A stretch of DNA of 53,942 nucleotides from Desulfobulbus propionicus (GTDB lineage Bacteria; Desulfobacterota; Dissulfuribacteria; Dissulfuribacterales; DYOW01). Location of the stretch: the NCBI GenBank assembly GCA_020720325.1, contig DYOW01000003.1, positions 3,522 to 57,463 of the forward strand, in the 5' to 3' direction. Below the pieces are notes generated by a model. It was given only the letters and a program-made list of their open reading frames with translations, made no database searches and was not told where the DNA came from. The translations under genes and the position numbers were made by a program. Positions 39,684-49,286 of the stretch are shown in pieces (the stretch's first letter is position 1; the number at the start of each line of letters is the position of its first letter).

Positions 39684-39791
39684 GTAGCTCTAAATATGTA
39701 TTTTGAGATTGCTTTGCTATCGCTCGCAATGACTGATATTGTCATTGCGAGGAACATTGTTGCGAAGCAATCTAATTTTTAAAGGTTGCCT
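39684..39791. repeat. MITE/REP-like palindromic element, copy C
   Basis: It has the same termini and internal inverted repeat as copy A (…GAGATTGCTTTGCTATCGCTCGCAATGAC-TGATATT-GTCATTGCGAGGAACATTGTTGCGAAGCAATCT…). It starts 2 nt after the toxin stop codon. Confidence 0.85.
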
Positions 39792-39886
39792 TAAGCCTAA
39801 CACATCACTGCACCCCAAAAAGCCAGTGTTTTTTGGCGGGTGAGTTCTGGCATCAGACAATCGAGTAATGGCAAAAATTAAATATC

Positions 39887-40864
39887 CTATATTTTTCCAT
39901 ACAAATGACACCTTACCATACTGCCTTCCTGTCTTATTTCAGGCGGAATGACCCTTTTACATATATCCATAACCCTGTCGCACCTGTAATGAAACACACA
40001 TCCTGTTATTTTTTCAGATATTCCCGGAACATTTCCCTTGATTGGAACAAGCCTTTTTTTGCCCAGATTAATTGGATTTGATGGTATGGAATTAATTAAT
40101 CCCTGTGTATAAGGATGCAGGGGATTTGTAAATATATTTTTAACCTCTGCCTCTTCAATAATTTCTCCAAGGTACATAATAAGCGCCCTGTTTCCTATCT
40201 CTGATACAAGACCCAGATTATGGGTAATGATTATTGTTGACATATTGCCCTTTTGAAGTTCTTTCAAAAGCTCAAGAATCTGCCATTGTATTGTAACATC
40301 AAGCGCGGTTGTAGGCTCATCCGCAATAAGAAGGCTGGGATTACAGCTTAAGGCCATTCCTATCATTGCCCTTTGCCTTAAACCTCCTGAAAGTTCATGG
40401 GGATAGGCATAAAAAAGTCTTTCAGGTTCAGGAATACCCACCCTATCCATTATATCCAATGTCCTTTTCTTGGTTTCTTTCCAGTCGGTTTTAAGATGTT
40501 CGGCAATTGTTTCGGATATTTGTTCGCCTATTGTAAAAACCGGATTAAGGGATGTCATTGGCTCCTGAAATATCATGGAAATCTGTTTGCCCCTGACCCT
40601 TGTCATGTCTTTTTCTGAAAAACGGTCAATTCTCAGTCCCTTGAAATTAATAGCGCCGGACGTTTTTCTAATGGAATGGGAGGGGAAAAGTTTTAAGACA
40701 GATAAGGATGTGAGGGTTTTGCCGCAGCCGGATTCACCCACTATGCAAAGACATTCATTTTCATAAACGGAAAAACTCACATCCTTTACAACAGGATATG
40801 AGTCTTCCCCGATATTTATCTCAACCCGCAATCCTTTTACGGACAGCAGGGGATATTCATCCAT
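39887..40864 (-). CDS. ABC transporter ATP-binding protein, DppD/OppD type, no cognate permease or binding protein in the window
   Basis: 325-aa ORF with Walker A GESGCGKT, signature LSGGLRQR, Walker B LLIADEPTTALD and the oligopeptide-type C-terminal Cys-containing tail (GCVFHYRC...C...C). Confidence 0.85.
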   Translation of the reverse strand: MDEYPLLSVKGLRVEINIGEDSYPVVKDVSFSVYENECLCIVGESGCGKTLTSLSVLKLFPSHSIRKTSGAINFKGLRIDRFSEKDMTRVRGKQISMIFQEPMTSLNPVFTIGEQISETIAEHLKTDWKETKKRTLDIMDRVGIPEPERLFYAYPHELSGGLRQRAMIGMALSCNPSLLIADEPTTALDVTIQWQILELLKELQKGNMSTIIITHNLGLVSEIGNRALIMYLGEIIEEAEVKNIFTNPLHPYTQGLINSIPSNPINLGKKRLVPIKGNVPGISEKITGCVFHYRCDRVMDICKRVIPPEIRQEGSMVRCHLYGKI

Positions 40865-40884
40865 AGGTTTTTTGTTTTTCTCTG

Positions 40885-41571
40885 TTATACGTCTTTTACC
40901 AAAAGTGTCGCAGGATCAAGCAACATGGTAATAATCTGATCTATTGACTGACCCTTTAAAAGTTTTACCTGTATATCGTTTTTCTGATAATTAAGCTGGA
41001 TAATAAGCTCAAACATATCTGAAATATTTGAAAGGGACTGAGGCATGTTATTTACATACCCACCGTTTTCAGCCCTTGCGGAAAACCAGCACTGAAAATT
41101 ATTTTCCCTTGCAAACATCTTTAACTCGCTTAATGTCTCGCGAAATCTTTCTTCTATTGTAATGCCGTCAAAAAGAATCACCTGGGGAAAAAATATACCC
41201 TGTTCTATAAGGTCATTAACCCTTTCCTCAAAATGAGCTGCTGTAAAATTTCCCTGGCTAAATGTGAGAATAAATCTGTGGGGCAGTATTTCATCCCAAA
41301 CCTGGAGCGAATTAGGTATATTTGCAACATTACAAACATTTTTGAATACTTCATCATACCAGAGACATACCTTTTTTATGGGCTGATCAATTGTTACATG
41401 AAGCACATTTTTACCCTCAAAAAGTCTTTCAAGGGCAACCTGAATCAGAAACGCTGTTTTTCCGACACCGGCAGCAGCAAGTACCATCCCAAATTCACTA
41501 TCTTTAAGCAAATATTTATTGTCTTCTCCAAGTTTTCTCAGAGGATTTTTTTCAAGAAATGCTAATTTCAT
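40885..41571 (-). CDS. RecA/KaiC-superfamily P-loop ATPase-like protein of unknown function
   Basis: 228-aa ORF with Walker A AAAGVGKT and a Walker-B-like QVILFDG. No other recognisable domain. Confidence 0.5.
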   Translation of the reverse strand: MKLAFLEKNPLRKLGEDNKYLLKDSEFGMVLAAAGVGKTAFLIQVALERLFEGKNVLHVTIDQPIKKVCLWYDEVFKNVCNVANIPNSLQVWDEILPHRFILTFSQGNFTAAHFEERVNDLIEQGIFFPQVILFDGITIEERFRETLSELKMFARENNFQCWFSARAENGGYVNNMPQSLSNISDMFELIIQLNYQKNDIQVKLLKGQSIDQIITMLLDPATLLVKDV

Positions 41572-41583
41572 ATAATATGCTCC

Positions 41584-43671
41584 TTAATGTCCCTTTTTTT
41601 TGCGTTCTTCTTCGGCTTTTTTGATGATTTCATCGGCAACATTTTTTGGCACCTGTCTGTACTGGGAAAATTCCATTGTAAATTGTGCCTTTCCCTGTGT
41701 TCCTGACCTTAAGACTGTTGAGTAACCAAACATATCTGAAAGAGGAACTTCAGCCTCAATAACAGACATGTCTCCCTCGTCCTGAGAACCCAGAATAAGT
41801 CCCCTTCTCTGATTAAGAGTGCCCATAACAGTTCCCTGAAATTCTGTGGGAGTTTCCACCGCAACCTTCATAATAGGCTCTAAGATTACAGGTTTTGCCG
41901 AATTATAACCTTCTTTGAAAGCGCCCCTTGCAGCAGCCTGGAATGCCATATCTGATGAATCAACCGCATGGGATTGTCCGTCATTAATGGCTACTTTTAC
42001 ACCATTTACAGGAAAGCCGCAAAGCGGTCCTTTATCCATGCTTAACTTAAAACCCTTTTCGCAGGACGAAATATATTCTGTAGGAATTGAACCGCCAACA
42101 ACCTGATTATCAAAGATAAAATCAGCTTCTGTTGTAGGCTCCATATATCCTGCAACCCTACCATACTGTCCCGCGCCACCAGACTGTTTTTTATGGGTAT
42201 AGTTAAAATTACCTCTCTGGGTAATGGTTTCCCTATAGGCAACCTGAGGCTGACCAACGGTAAGCTCTACATTATATTCTCTTTTCATCCTCTCGGTATA
42301 AACCTCAAGATGAAGCTCTCCCATGCCTGATATTATTGTCTCGCTTGTTTCATGGTTTACAAATGTCCTGAATGTTGGGTCTTCCTTTGTGAAACGGTTC
42401 AATGCCTTAGACATATTAACCTGGGCGGCGCTGTCCTTTGGAACAATCGCAAGGGAAATAACCGGTTCAGGAATATGCATTGAGGTCATGGCATACCTGA
42501 CATCCTGTGAGGTAAATGTATCGCCGGAGGCGCAGTCCACACCGAATAAAGCTCCAATATAACCTGAAGGAATGCTGTCAACATCTTCCATCTGATCTGA
42601 ATGCATCCTTACTACTCTTCCAATCTTAACCTTTTTGCCTGTTCTTGAATTAACGATGGTATCGCCTTTGTTTAATGTGCCCTGGTATGTTCTTATATAT
42701 GTAAGCTGACCAAATCTTCCTTCATCAAGCTTAAAAGCAAGGGCAACAAGTGGTTTATCAGGATCATTAAGCATAACCACAGGGGCCTCGTTATTATCCA
42801 GATCAAGCCCAATATTTTCTACTTCAGAAGGATTTGGAAGAAATTCCATTACACCATCAAGAAGCAACTGAACAGCCTTGTTTTTATATGCGGAACCCAT
42901 AAAAACAGGGGTCATTTCCCTGTTTAATGTGCCTTTTCTAATTGCAGCCTTAAGGGTTTCTTCTTTAATGTTACCTTCCAATGCCTCTTCCATAAGCTCA
43001 TCAGAAAACATAGAGGCAGCGTCAATAAGTATCTCCCTTCTCCTGTCAACCTCATCTTTAAGATTATCCGGAATTGGAACTTCAGTTATAATTTCTCCGT
43101 TTGCGCCTTCAAAAACAAAACCTTTCATTATCACCAAATCCACAACGCCTTCAAGGTCATTCTCCAATCCAATTGGAACCTGCATTGCAATGGCATTGTG
43201 ATTAAGTTTTTCCCTTAACTGGTCAATAACCCTGAATGGATTTGCGCCACTTCTGTCACATTTATTAATAAAGGCAATTCTTGGAACCTTGTAACGGTTC
43301 ATTTGCCTGTCAACGGTTATTGACTGAGACTGAACACCGCCAACAGAACAAAGCACAAGTATTGCTCCGTCAAGAACCCTTAATGCCCTTTCAACCTCTA
43401 TGGTAAAATCAACGTGGCCGGGGGTGTCAATAATATTTATCTCATGGTCTTTCCACTCACAGTAGGTTGCGGCGGATGTGATGGTTATACCGCGCTCCCT
43501 TTCAAGTTCCATAAAGTCCATTGTCGCGCCAACACCATCTTTGCCGCGAACATCATGGATTGCATGAATCCTTTTTGTGTAAAAAAGTATGCGTTCAGTC
43601 AGGGTGGTTTTCCCTGAATCAATGTGAGCGCTAATTCCTATGTTTCTTACAAGATTTGGGTCTCGATTCAT
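41584..43671 (-). CDS. fusA: Elongation factor G (EF-G paralog, EF-G2-like)
   Basis: 695-aa ORF. G motifs [21 protein letters not shown], plus full EF-G domains II-V. It is not next to rpsL/rpsG/tuf, so probably a second copy. Confidence 0.9.
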   Translation of the reverse strand: MNRDPNLVRNIGISAHIDSGKTTLTERILFYTKRIHAIHDVRGKDGVGATMDFMELERERGITITSAATYCEWKDHEINIIDTPGHVDFTIEVERALRVLDGAILVLCSVGGVQSQSITVDRQMNRYKVPRIAFINKCDRSGANPFRVIDQLREKLNHNAIAMQVPIGLENDLEGVVDLVIMKGFVFEGANGEIITEVPIPDNLKDEVDRRREILIDAASMFSDELMEEALEGNIKEETLKAAIRKGTLNREMTPVFMGSAYKNKAVQLLLDGVMEFLPNPSEVENIGLDLDNNEAPVVMLNDPDKPLVALAFKLDEGRFGQLTYIRTYQGTLNKGDTIVNSRTGKKVKIGRVVRMHSDQMEDVDSIPSGYIGALFGVDCASGDTFTSQDVRYAMTSMHIPEPVISLAIVPKDSAAQVNMSKALNRFTKEDPTFRTFVNHETSETIISGMGELHLEVYTERMKREYNVELTVGQPQVAYRETITQRGNFNYTHKKQSGGAGQYGRVAGYMEPTTEADFIFDNQVVGGSIPTEYISSCEKGFKLSMDKGPLCGFPVNGVKVAINDGQSHAVDSSDMAFQAAARGAFKEGYNSAKPVILEPIMKVAVETPTEFQGTVMGTLNQRRGLILGSQDEGDMSVIEAEVPLSDMFGYSTVLRSGTQGKAQFTMEFSQYRQVPKNVADEIIKKAEEERKKKGH

Positions 43672-43981
43672 TTTTAAAAAACCTCTGTTAATTTATATAT
43701 TTTATCATTAAAGTTTAAGAATTATAAGTGTGTGAATTATTCAGGATAAACACCCTTTTGTCAAGACATAGATAACCTAAAAGATGAAATGTTATACGAT
43801 TTTCACAAAATTACAATGTTTTTATTTTGAAAAATTTTTTTTTTATGTAATATTAAATAAGGTTTTAAAAAGGACTGCAAATGACAGTCCTTATAAAGTT
43901 GCAGAAATTACTTTTTAAAGATACATATTTCTTAAAACTTTTCAACTTTAAGCTTAAAACTTTTTTATTAAGGAGAAAAAA

Positions 43982-44821
43982 TTGGAACCTGATATTTTTA
44001 TTGAATTAATTTCTAAAAAAAGAGACGACACCTATATAAATTATCTTCTCACAAAGGCTGTGATGGCGGCAAATGAAGCAGGAGAAATATTAAAATCCTA
44101 TTATGACAAACCGTTACATATTAATTTTAAGGGTGATATTGATATTGTAACTGAGGCGGATATTAAATCCCAGGAAACAATTCAGAAAATTTTAAATAAT
44201 GATGAATATGATATAAAGTTTATCGGAGAAGAAAATTGTATTGAAAGTTGGGAAATACCGGATGAACCGTGCTGGATTGTTGACCCACTGGACGGAACAA
44301 CAAATTTTGCCCATAGTTTTCCCTGGTTTGCAGTATCTATTGCATATTATGACGGAAAGGAACTGCAAATAGGGATTGTCCACGCACCCCTTTTTGATGA
44401 AACATTTGTTGCTGTAAAAAACGCCGGGACATACCTTAACTCCACAACCATTGTGACTTCTTCAGCATCCCAGTTAAAAAGCTCTCTGCTTGCCACAGGC
44501 TTTCCATATGATGTCCAAAAAAACCCCCAAAAAGTTATGGCTGCATTTAATGATGTTATCTTAAAGGCAAGGGGAATAAGAAGGGCAGGAGCTGCTGCCC
44601 TTGACCTTGCATATGTTGCGGCGGGAAGGCTTGACGGATTCTGGGAAATAAAACTAAAACCATGGGATACTGCCGCTGGAGTTTTGCTTGTAAAGGAGGC
44701 AGGAGGCATTATCTCTGATTTTGGCGGCGCCCCTTTTAATTTTAAGAAAAACTCCATTTTGGCGGCAAATAAAAATATTCACGGACAACTTAAAGATATT
44801 CTTTGTAATTATAATGAATAA
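43982..44821 (+). CDS. Inositol monophosphatase family protein (SuhB-like)
   Basis: 279-aa ORF with a TTG start and AAGGAGAAAAAA upstream. Motifs: VTEADIKS, WIVDPLDGTTNF, WDTAAG. Confidence 0.85.
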   Translation: MEPDIFIELISKKRDDTYINYLLTKAVMAANEAGEILKSYYDKPLHINFKGDIDIVTEADIKSQETIQKILNNDEYDIKFIGEENCIESWEIPDEPCWIVDPLDGTTNFAHSFPWFAVSIAYYDGKELQIGIVHAPLFDETFVAVKNAGTYLNSTTIVTSSASQLKSSLLATGFPYDVQKNPQKVMAAFNDVILKARGIRRAGAAALDLAYVAAGRLDGFWEIKLKPWDTAAGVLLVKEAGGIISDFGGAPFNFKKNSILAANKNIHGQLKDILCNYNE

Positions 44822-45140
44822 AAAATAATTTCCAAATCACTTATAATGGTCATGGCAATTTGACTCTATACATCAAAGCTTTTCTGAAAGTTTAAATTTT
44901 TATTCACATCATCAAAAAAATTTTCTAAAAAAAACACATATTAGCTTCATTAATTCAGTATTCCATCAATAATATTGAGATTATTTCTCATTTTTTTAAA
45001 AAATTCAAAAATTTTACTAAACATCCTCTTAAATAATAAAAAAATATTTATAGCATAAACCCATTATTTTCAGAATAAAACTAATTATTATAATCTACTA
45101 AAACAATAAAGACATTTTAATTTAACATTATTTTAACAAT

Positions 45141-45187
45141 TTATTTTGAAACAAATTTATAATTAGATTGTTTTTTTATTTTGAAAC
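45141..45187 (+). promoter_or_regulatory. Direct repeat TTATTTTGAAAC x2 in the long AT-rich leader of the alkaline phosphatase gene (candidate regulator site)
   Basis: Identical 12-mers at 45141-45152 and 45176-45187 (35 nt start to start), about 185-230 nt upstream of the ATG. The function is unknown. Confidence 0.2.
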
Positions 45188-45369
45188 TGAGTCTCTTTAT
45201 AAATTTATATTAATTATTTAAAATTAATTTTAAAAACAGCCTTGAAAATTTTTTTAAAAAGGAGGTGATCGCTGGATTTTAAAAATTCAAAACCAAAACA
45301 CACTTTGTCAGGCTAACAGATTATTCAACAAAACTTTAAACAATTTAAAAAGGAGAAATTAAAATTATC

Positions 45370-46920
45370 ATGAAGAGAAGGAATTTTCTATCACTTTTTC
45401 TGTTTTTATTTTTATTTTTGTCCACATCCATCACTAATGCCCTTAATATTGATAGTGGAGCAGCAAAAAACTATGTGTTTCTTTTTATAGGTGACGGCAT
45501 GTCTGTTGTTCAGGTTAATGCATCTGAATACTACTTAACATCATTATATAATAAATGTGCCCTTGGTGAGGCAAACAAAAACAACTGCTATCCATTTCCT
45601 GGAGATAAATACGACACATCCGCTCAAGCAAAACTTCCAAGGATTTCCTTCACACAATATCCATATACGGGTATCGCCACAACCTACGGAACAAACTCTT
45701 TTACCCCTGACTCAGCAGACACAGGAACTGCCCTTGCCACAGGTAAAAAAACCAAATCCGGCACAGTTTCAATGGATCCAACAGGCAAAACAATCTATAC
45801 AACCATCGCCGAGGTATTAAAGTCAAAAGGAATGAATGTTGGCATAGTTTCAAGCGTTTCCATTGACCATGCCACCCCAGCTGTTTTTTATTCACACAGC
45901 CCCAGCAGAAACAATTATTATGACATAGCAAAACAGATTCCAACAAGTGGCTTTGACTACTTTGCAGGCGGCGGCTTTGTACAGCCCACAGGTTCCAAAA
46001 AAGATCAAAAAAATATTGTGGATATTATTAAAGAAAGCGGCATGAAATATGTCAACTCAAGGGCAGATTTCGAGACTCTTCCAAATGCCCCCGGACAAAG
46101 GGTTGTTGCGACAAACCCTTCCGCAGGTCTTGATTCTTCCCAGGCTCTTTACTATGACCTTGACAGAAGGTATGTCAACAAGCCAAATGACCACATAACC
46201 CTTGCTGAATACACAAAAAAAGGCATTGACCTGCTCTATGATCCAAAGGGAAGCAATGGCTTTTTTATGATGGTTGAAAGCGGAAAGATTGACTGGGCAA
46301 ATCATGCAAATGATGCGGCATCTTCTATTGCCGATGTAATTGCCTTTGATGAAGCAATAAAGACAGCTTATGATTTCTATAAACAACATCCCAATGAAAC
46401 CATAATTATTGTCACCGGCGACCATGAGTGCGGCGGCATGACAATAGGTTTTGCCGGAACAAAATATAGCACAAATTTTGCAAACCTTTCCAGCCAGAAA
46501 ATGTCCTACATTGAATTTGGCAAAATTGTAAGCTCCTATAAAAATGCAAGCCCCCCGGCAAATATTGCGGATGACATGAAACGCATGATATCAGACACAT
46601 TTGGACTTGATTACAGCAAGCTTACAGATTTCCAGAAAGCTCAGCTTGAAGACGCTTATGACAGAAGCATGGCAGGAAAAGCAATTGTTGGTTCAGAGCA
46701 GGATTACCTTCTCTATGGAGGTTATGATGCCTTAACCGTTACATGCACACATATATTAAATGAAATTTCAGGCATTGCATGGACATCATACTCTCACACA
46801 GGAGTTCCGGTTCCTGTTTATGCTGTTGGAAAGGAATCAAACAAATTTACCGGTCAGATGGATAATACTGATATTCCTAAAAAACTTTCCGAAATCACAG
46901 GCTACAGCTTGCCTAAATAA
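45370..46920 (+). CDS. Alkaline phosphatase (PhoA family), secreted
   Basis: 516-aa ORF with a signal peptide, the active-site region PDSADTGTALATGKKT and metal-ligand regions (DHATPA, DWANHAND, TGDHECGG, SHTG). Confidence 0.85.
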   Translation: MKRRNFLSLFLFLFLFLSTSITNALNIDSGAAKNYVFLFIGDGMSVVQVNASEYYLTSLYNKCALGEANKNNCYPFPGDKYDTSAQAKLPRISFTQYPYTGIATTYGTNSFTPDSADTGTALATGKKTKSGTVSMDPTGKTIYTTIAEVLKSKGMNVGIVSSVSIDHATPAVFYSHSPSRNNYYDIAKQIPTSGFDYFAGGGFVQPTGSKKDQKNIVDIIKESGMKYVNSRADFETLPNAPGQRVVATNPSAGLDSSQALYYDLDRRYVNKPNDHITLAEYTKKGIDLLYDPKGSNGFFMMVESGKIDWANHANDAASSIADVIAFDEAIKTAYDFYKQHPNETIIIVTGDHECGGMTIGFAGTKYSTNFANLSSQKMSYIEFGKIVSSYKNASPPANIADDMKRMISDTFGLDYSKLTDFQKAQLEDAYDRSMAGKAIVGSEQDYLLYGGYDALTVTCTHILNEISGIAWTSYSHTGVPVPVYAVGKESNKFTGQMDNTDIPKKLSEITGYSLPK

Positions 46921-46955
46921 TTTAATATTTATTTTTTAATTTTTCAAAAAAATTT

Positions 46956-46988
46956 AAGGGGATGAATAAATCCCCTTTTTTTTATTTT
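46956..46988 (+). terminator. Rho-independent terminator after the alkaline phosphatase gene
   Basis: Perfect 7-bp stem AAGGGGA (46956-46962) / TCCCCTT (46971-46977) with an 8-nt loop, followed by a T-rich run. Confidence 0.75.
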
Positions 46989-47007
46989 AAGGTAATATAA
47001 TTTTTCT

Positions 47008-48132
47008 ATGAACAAAACTCATCAAAAAAAAGCCGACATTATTTTTGTCATTGTCCTTATCTGTTTTTCTTTGTTTTTATTCTATCTTCCCACTGGATTT
47101 GAAAAAAACCTCATTAACACAGAAAAGGCAAAGGCAAGGATTATCTCTGTTGATAATTCCATAATTGAAAACACAACCATAATTAAACTTGGCTCACAAA
47201 TATTGGCTGTGGAGATTATACAGGGCAAATACAAAGACAAAAAAATAGAAATTTTTAACCAGCTCACAGGCAAGATGGATTTTGACGAAATTTACAATGC
47301 GGGACAGGAAATAATGGTGGAGTTTTCTTTAGATGAAAATGAGAATATTATAAGCGGAGTCGCAAGGGGAACTTACAGGCTTGAAAACATCTTTTTATTA
47401 TTTTTGCTTTTTTCAGGGCTTCTTTTTATTGCCGCGGGCTGGACAGGCTTTAAGGCGCTTTTGTCCTTTGTGTTCACAGCTCTTTTATTGTGGAAGGTAA
47501 TGGTTCCACTTTTTTTAAAAGGTTATGACCCTGTATGGATTGCAATGGGAATAATAACAGGTCTTGTTTTAACAATCAGTTTTCTTATAGGAGGATTCAC
47601 AAGGCTTGGCATTATCACTGCCCTTGGTTCAATCACCGGGCTTTTGCTCACCTGCATTCTTGCTCAGATATTTATCCAGCCCTTCAGGATTCACGGCGCA
47701 GTGCTGCCTTTTTCAGAAAATCTTCTTTTTTCTGGGTTTCAGGTTAATCTTTCAAAAGTATTTATAGCAAGCATTTTTATTGCGTCAGCAGGAGCTGTGC
47801 TTGACCTTGCCATGGATGTGGCCGCGGCGATGAATGAAATAAAAGAGAAAAAACCCAATATTTCCATGATGGAGCTTATAAAATCAGGCTTTAGTGTGGG
47901 AAAGGCTGTTCTTGGAACAATGACCACAACGCTTTTATTTGCATATTCAGGCGGTTATATCACAATGCTGATGTTTTTCATGGGTTCAGGCATTCCCTGG
48001 CAAAATATTGTGAATCTGCACCTGATTTCAGCAGAGATATTAAATACCCTTGTGGGAAGCTTTGGACTGGTCACAGTCGCTCCGTTTACAGCCATTGCAG
48101 GGGGAATTATTTATTCATGGAAAAATGTCTAA
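47008..48132 (+). CDS. YibE/F-family integral membrane protein
   Basis: 374-aa ORF with an N-terminal TM plus an extracytoplasmic beta-rich segment, then ~7 TM segments. It resembles YibE/F-like proteins by eye. Confidence 0.5.
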   Translation: MNKTHQKKADIIFVIVLICFSLFLFYLPTGFEKNLINTEKAKARIISVDNSIIENTTIIKLGSQILAVEIIQGKYKDKKIEIFNQLTGKMDFDEIYNAGQEIMVEFSLDENENIISGVARGTYRLENIFLLFLLFSGLLFIAAGWTGFKALLSFVFTALLLWKVMVPLFLKGYDPVWIAMGIITGLVLTISFLIGGFTRLGIITALGSITGLLLTCILAQIFIQPFRIHGAVLPFSENLLFSGFQVNLSKVFIASIFIASAGAVLDLAMDVAAAMNEIKEKKPNISMMELIKSGFSVGKAVLGTMTTTLLFAYSGGYITMLMFFMGSGIPWQNIVNLHLISAEILNTLVGSFGLVTVAPFTAIAGGIIYSWKNV

Positions 48133-48153
48133 ATCATTTAAAAATTTATTATA

Positions 48154-48231
48154 AGATTCCTCGCTTCACCCGAAATGACACTTAATGACACTTTTATATG
48201 TCATTACGAGGAATAAAGCGCCGAGCAATCT
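48154..48231. repeat. REP-like palindromic element related to the core of the copy A/C MITE
   Basis: Sequence AGATTCCTCGCTTCACCCGAAATGACA...TGTCATTACGAGGAATAAAGCGCCGAGCAATCT. It has the same AGATTxCTxGCT / CGxAATGAC / GTCATTxCGAGGAA / AGCAATCT blocks but lacks the CTCTAAAAAT termini. It sits between convergent genes. Confidence 0.65.
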
Positions 48232-48281
48232 TAATCATATTGGAAAAAATTTTAATTCTTAAAGATTTCCTAAAATTAAAA

Positions 48282-49262
48282 TCATAAAAAAACTCTATCT
48301 TTGGGAAGAATACACGACTCAGCCGTGCAAAGTGTTATTTCAACGGTGATATGAGACAAATTTTCAATGTCTTTCAATAATGCCTTGTAGTGTTCCGCTG
48401 GTTTGGGATAATGCGTTACAAGCGATATTATCACAGCGTAATCATTTGGTCCAACTTTCCATAAATGCAGGTCTGCAATGCGGTTGTCTGAATCTGACTC
48501 AATTATTTTTTTTATAAGACTTTCTTTAGTATTTTCTGTATTTTCATCCAAAAGTATGGGACTGGTTTCCATTAATAAATTTAGTGACCAGCGGGATATA
48601 ACCAGAGCGCCAACCAAACCAGCCACAGGGTCAAACCAATTCCAACCGTATATTTTTCCTGCAAAAAGCGCTGCTATTGCAAGAAAAGAGGTTAAAGCAT
48701 CAGCTACTACATGAAAATAGGCAGCCTTAAGATTATGGTCATTATGCGAATGAGCGTGATTTTCGTCTTCATCATGATGATTATGTGTATTTTGATGGTC
48801 ATGTTCATGATGACCCTTAAGGAGAAAAGCGCTCAAAATATTGATAAAAAGACCAAGCGCAGCAACAATGATGGCTTCATTAAATTTAATTTCTTCAGGA
48901 TTGAATATGCGCCCTATTGATTCCACGGACATTATCAAGGCAACCACAAATAATCCAACTGCGCTTGAAAATCCCCCAAGAACGCTTACCTTGCCTGTTC
49001 CAAAGGTAAATAAAGGATTATTTTCATGCTTTTTGGCATAATTATATGCAAATATCGTAATCATAAAGGCAGCTACATGTGTCGCCATGTGCCAGCCGTC
49101 AGCCAGAAGAGCCATAGAGCCAAAAGAGATGCCTGCAATAATCTCAACAATCATTGTGACAGCGGTTAAGCATAAAACCTGTTTGACGCGTGATTCACCT
49201 TTTTTATGAATCACTGCAAAATCATGGTTATGCCGCAATGTTTCAAGTGTTTGAACGTGCAT
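48282..49262 (-). CDS. Cation diffusion facilitator (CzcD/ZitB-like) with a His-rich cytoplasmic loop
   Basis: 326-aa ORF. TM2 has LLADGWHMATH, TM5 has FHVVADALTS, and the loop is HHEHDHQNTHNHHDEDENHAHSHNDH. Confidence 0.85.
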   Translation of the reverse strand: MHVQTLETLRHNHDFAVIHKKGESRVKQVLCLTAVTMIVEIIAGISFGSMALLADGWHMATHVAAFMITIFAYNYAKKHENNPLFTFGTGKVSVLGGFSSAVGLFVVALIMSVESIGRIFNPEEIKFNEAIIVAALGLFINILSAFLLKGHHEHDHQNTHNHHDEDENHAHSHNDHNLKAAYFHVVADALTSFLAIAALFAGKIYGWNWFDPVAGLVGALVISRWSLNLLMETSPILLDENTENTKESLIKKIIESDSDNRIADLHLWKVGPNDYAVIISLVTHYPKPAEHYKALLKDIENLSHITVEITLCTAESCILPKDRVFL

Positions 49263-49286
49263 TAAAATCCCCTTTTTAATAAAATA

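Noticed and set aside
39792-39886. Possible hairpin (CCAAAAA…TTTTTGG) as a terminator for the ABC ATPase gene, or a small RNA/tRNA-like element.
   Set aside because: The stem is 7 bp and AT-rich with no following U-run on the relevant strand, and no cloverleaf can be drawn. The adjacent MITE palindrome is the more likely terminator.
39717-39911. 64-aa minus-strand ORF running through MITE copy C and into the ABC ATPase stop region.
   Set aside because: It is mostly translated repeat sequence (the classic artefact of this palindromic element) and overlaps the end of a real gene.
43784-43918. 44-aa plus-strand ORF (MKCYTIFTKLQCFYFEKFFF…) and an 8-bp hairpin (43870-43892) in the fusA/IMPase divergent intergenic region.
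   Set aside because: The ORF has no SD and a Phe/Lys/Tyr-rich composition typical of random AT-rich frames. The hairpin is not followed by a T-run and lies between divergent promoters, so there is no terminator logic.
45257-45290. Strong SD-like AAGGAGGTGATC upstream of phoA that might mark a leader peptide.
   Set aside because: The only in-context start (GTG immediately abutting the SD) gives a 5-codon ORF with no spacer, so it is not a convincing translated leader. It is kept only as a note within the AT-rich leader finding.
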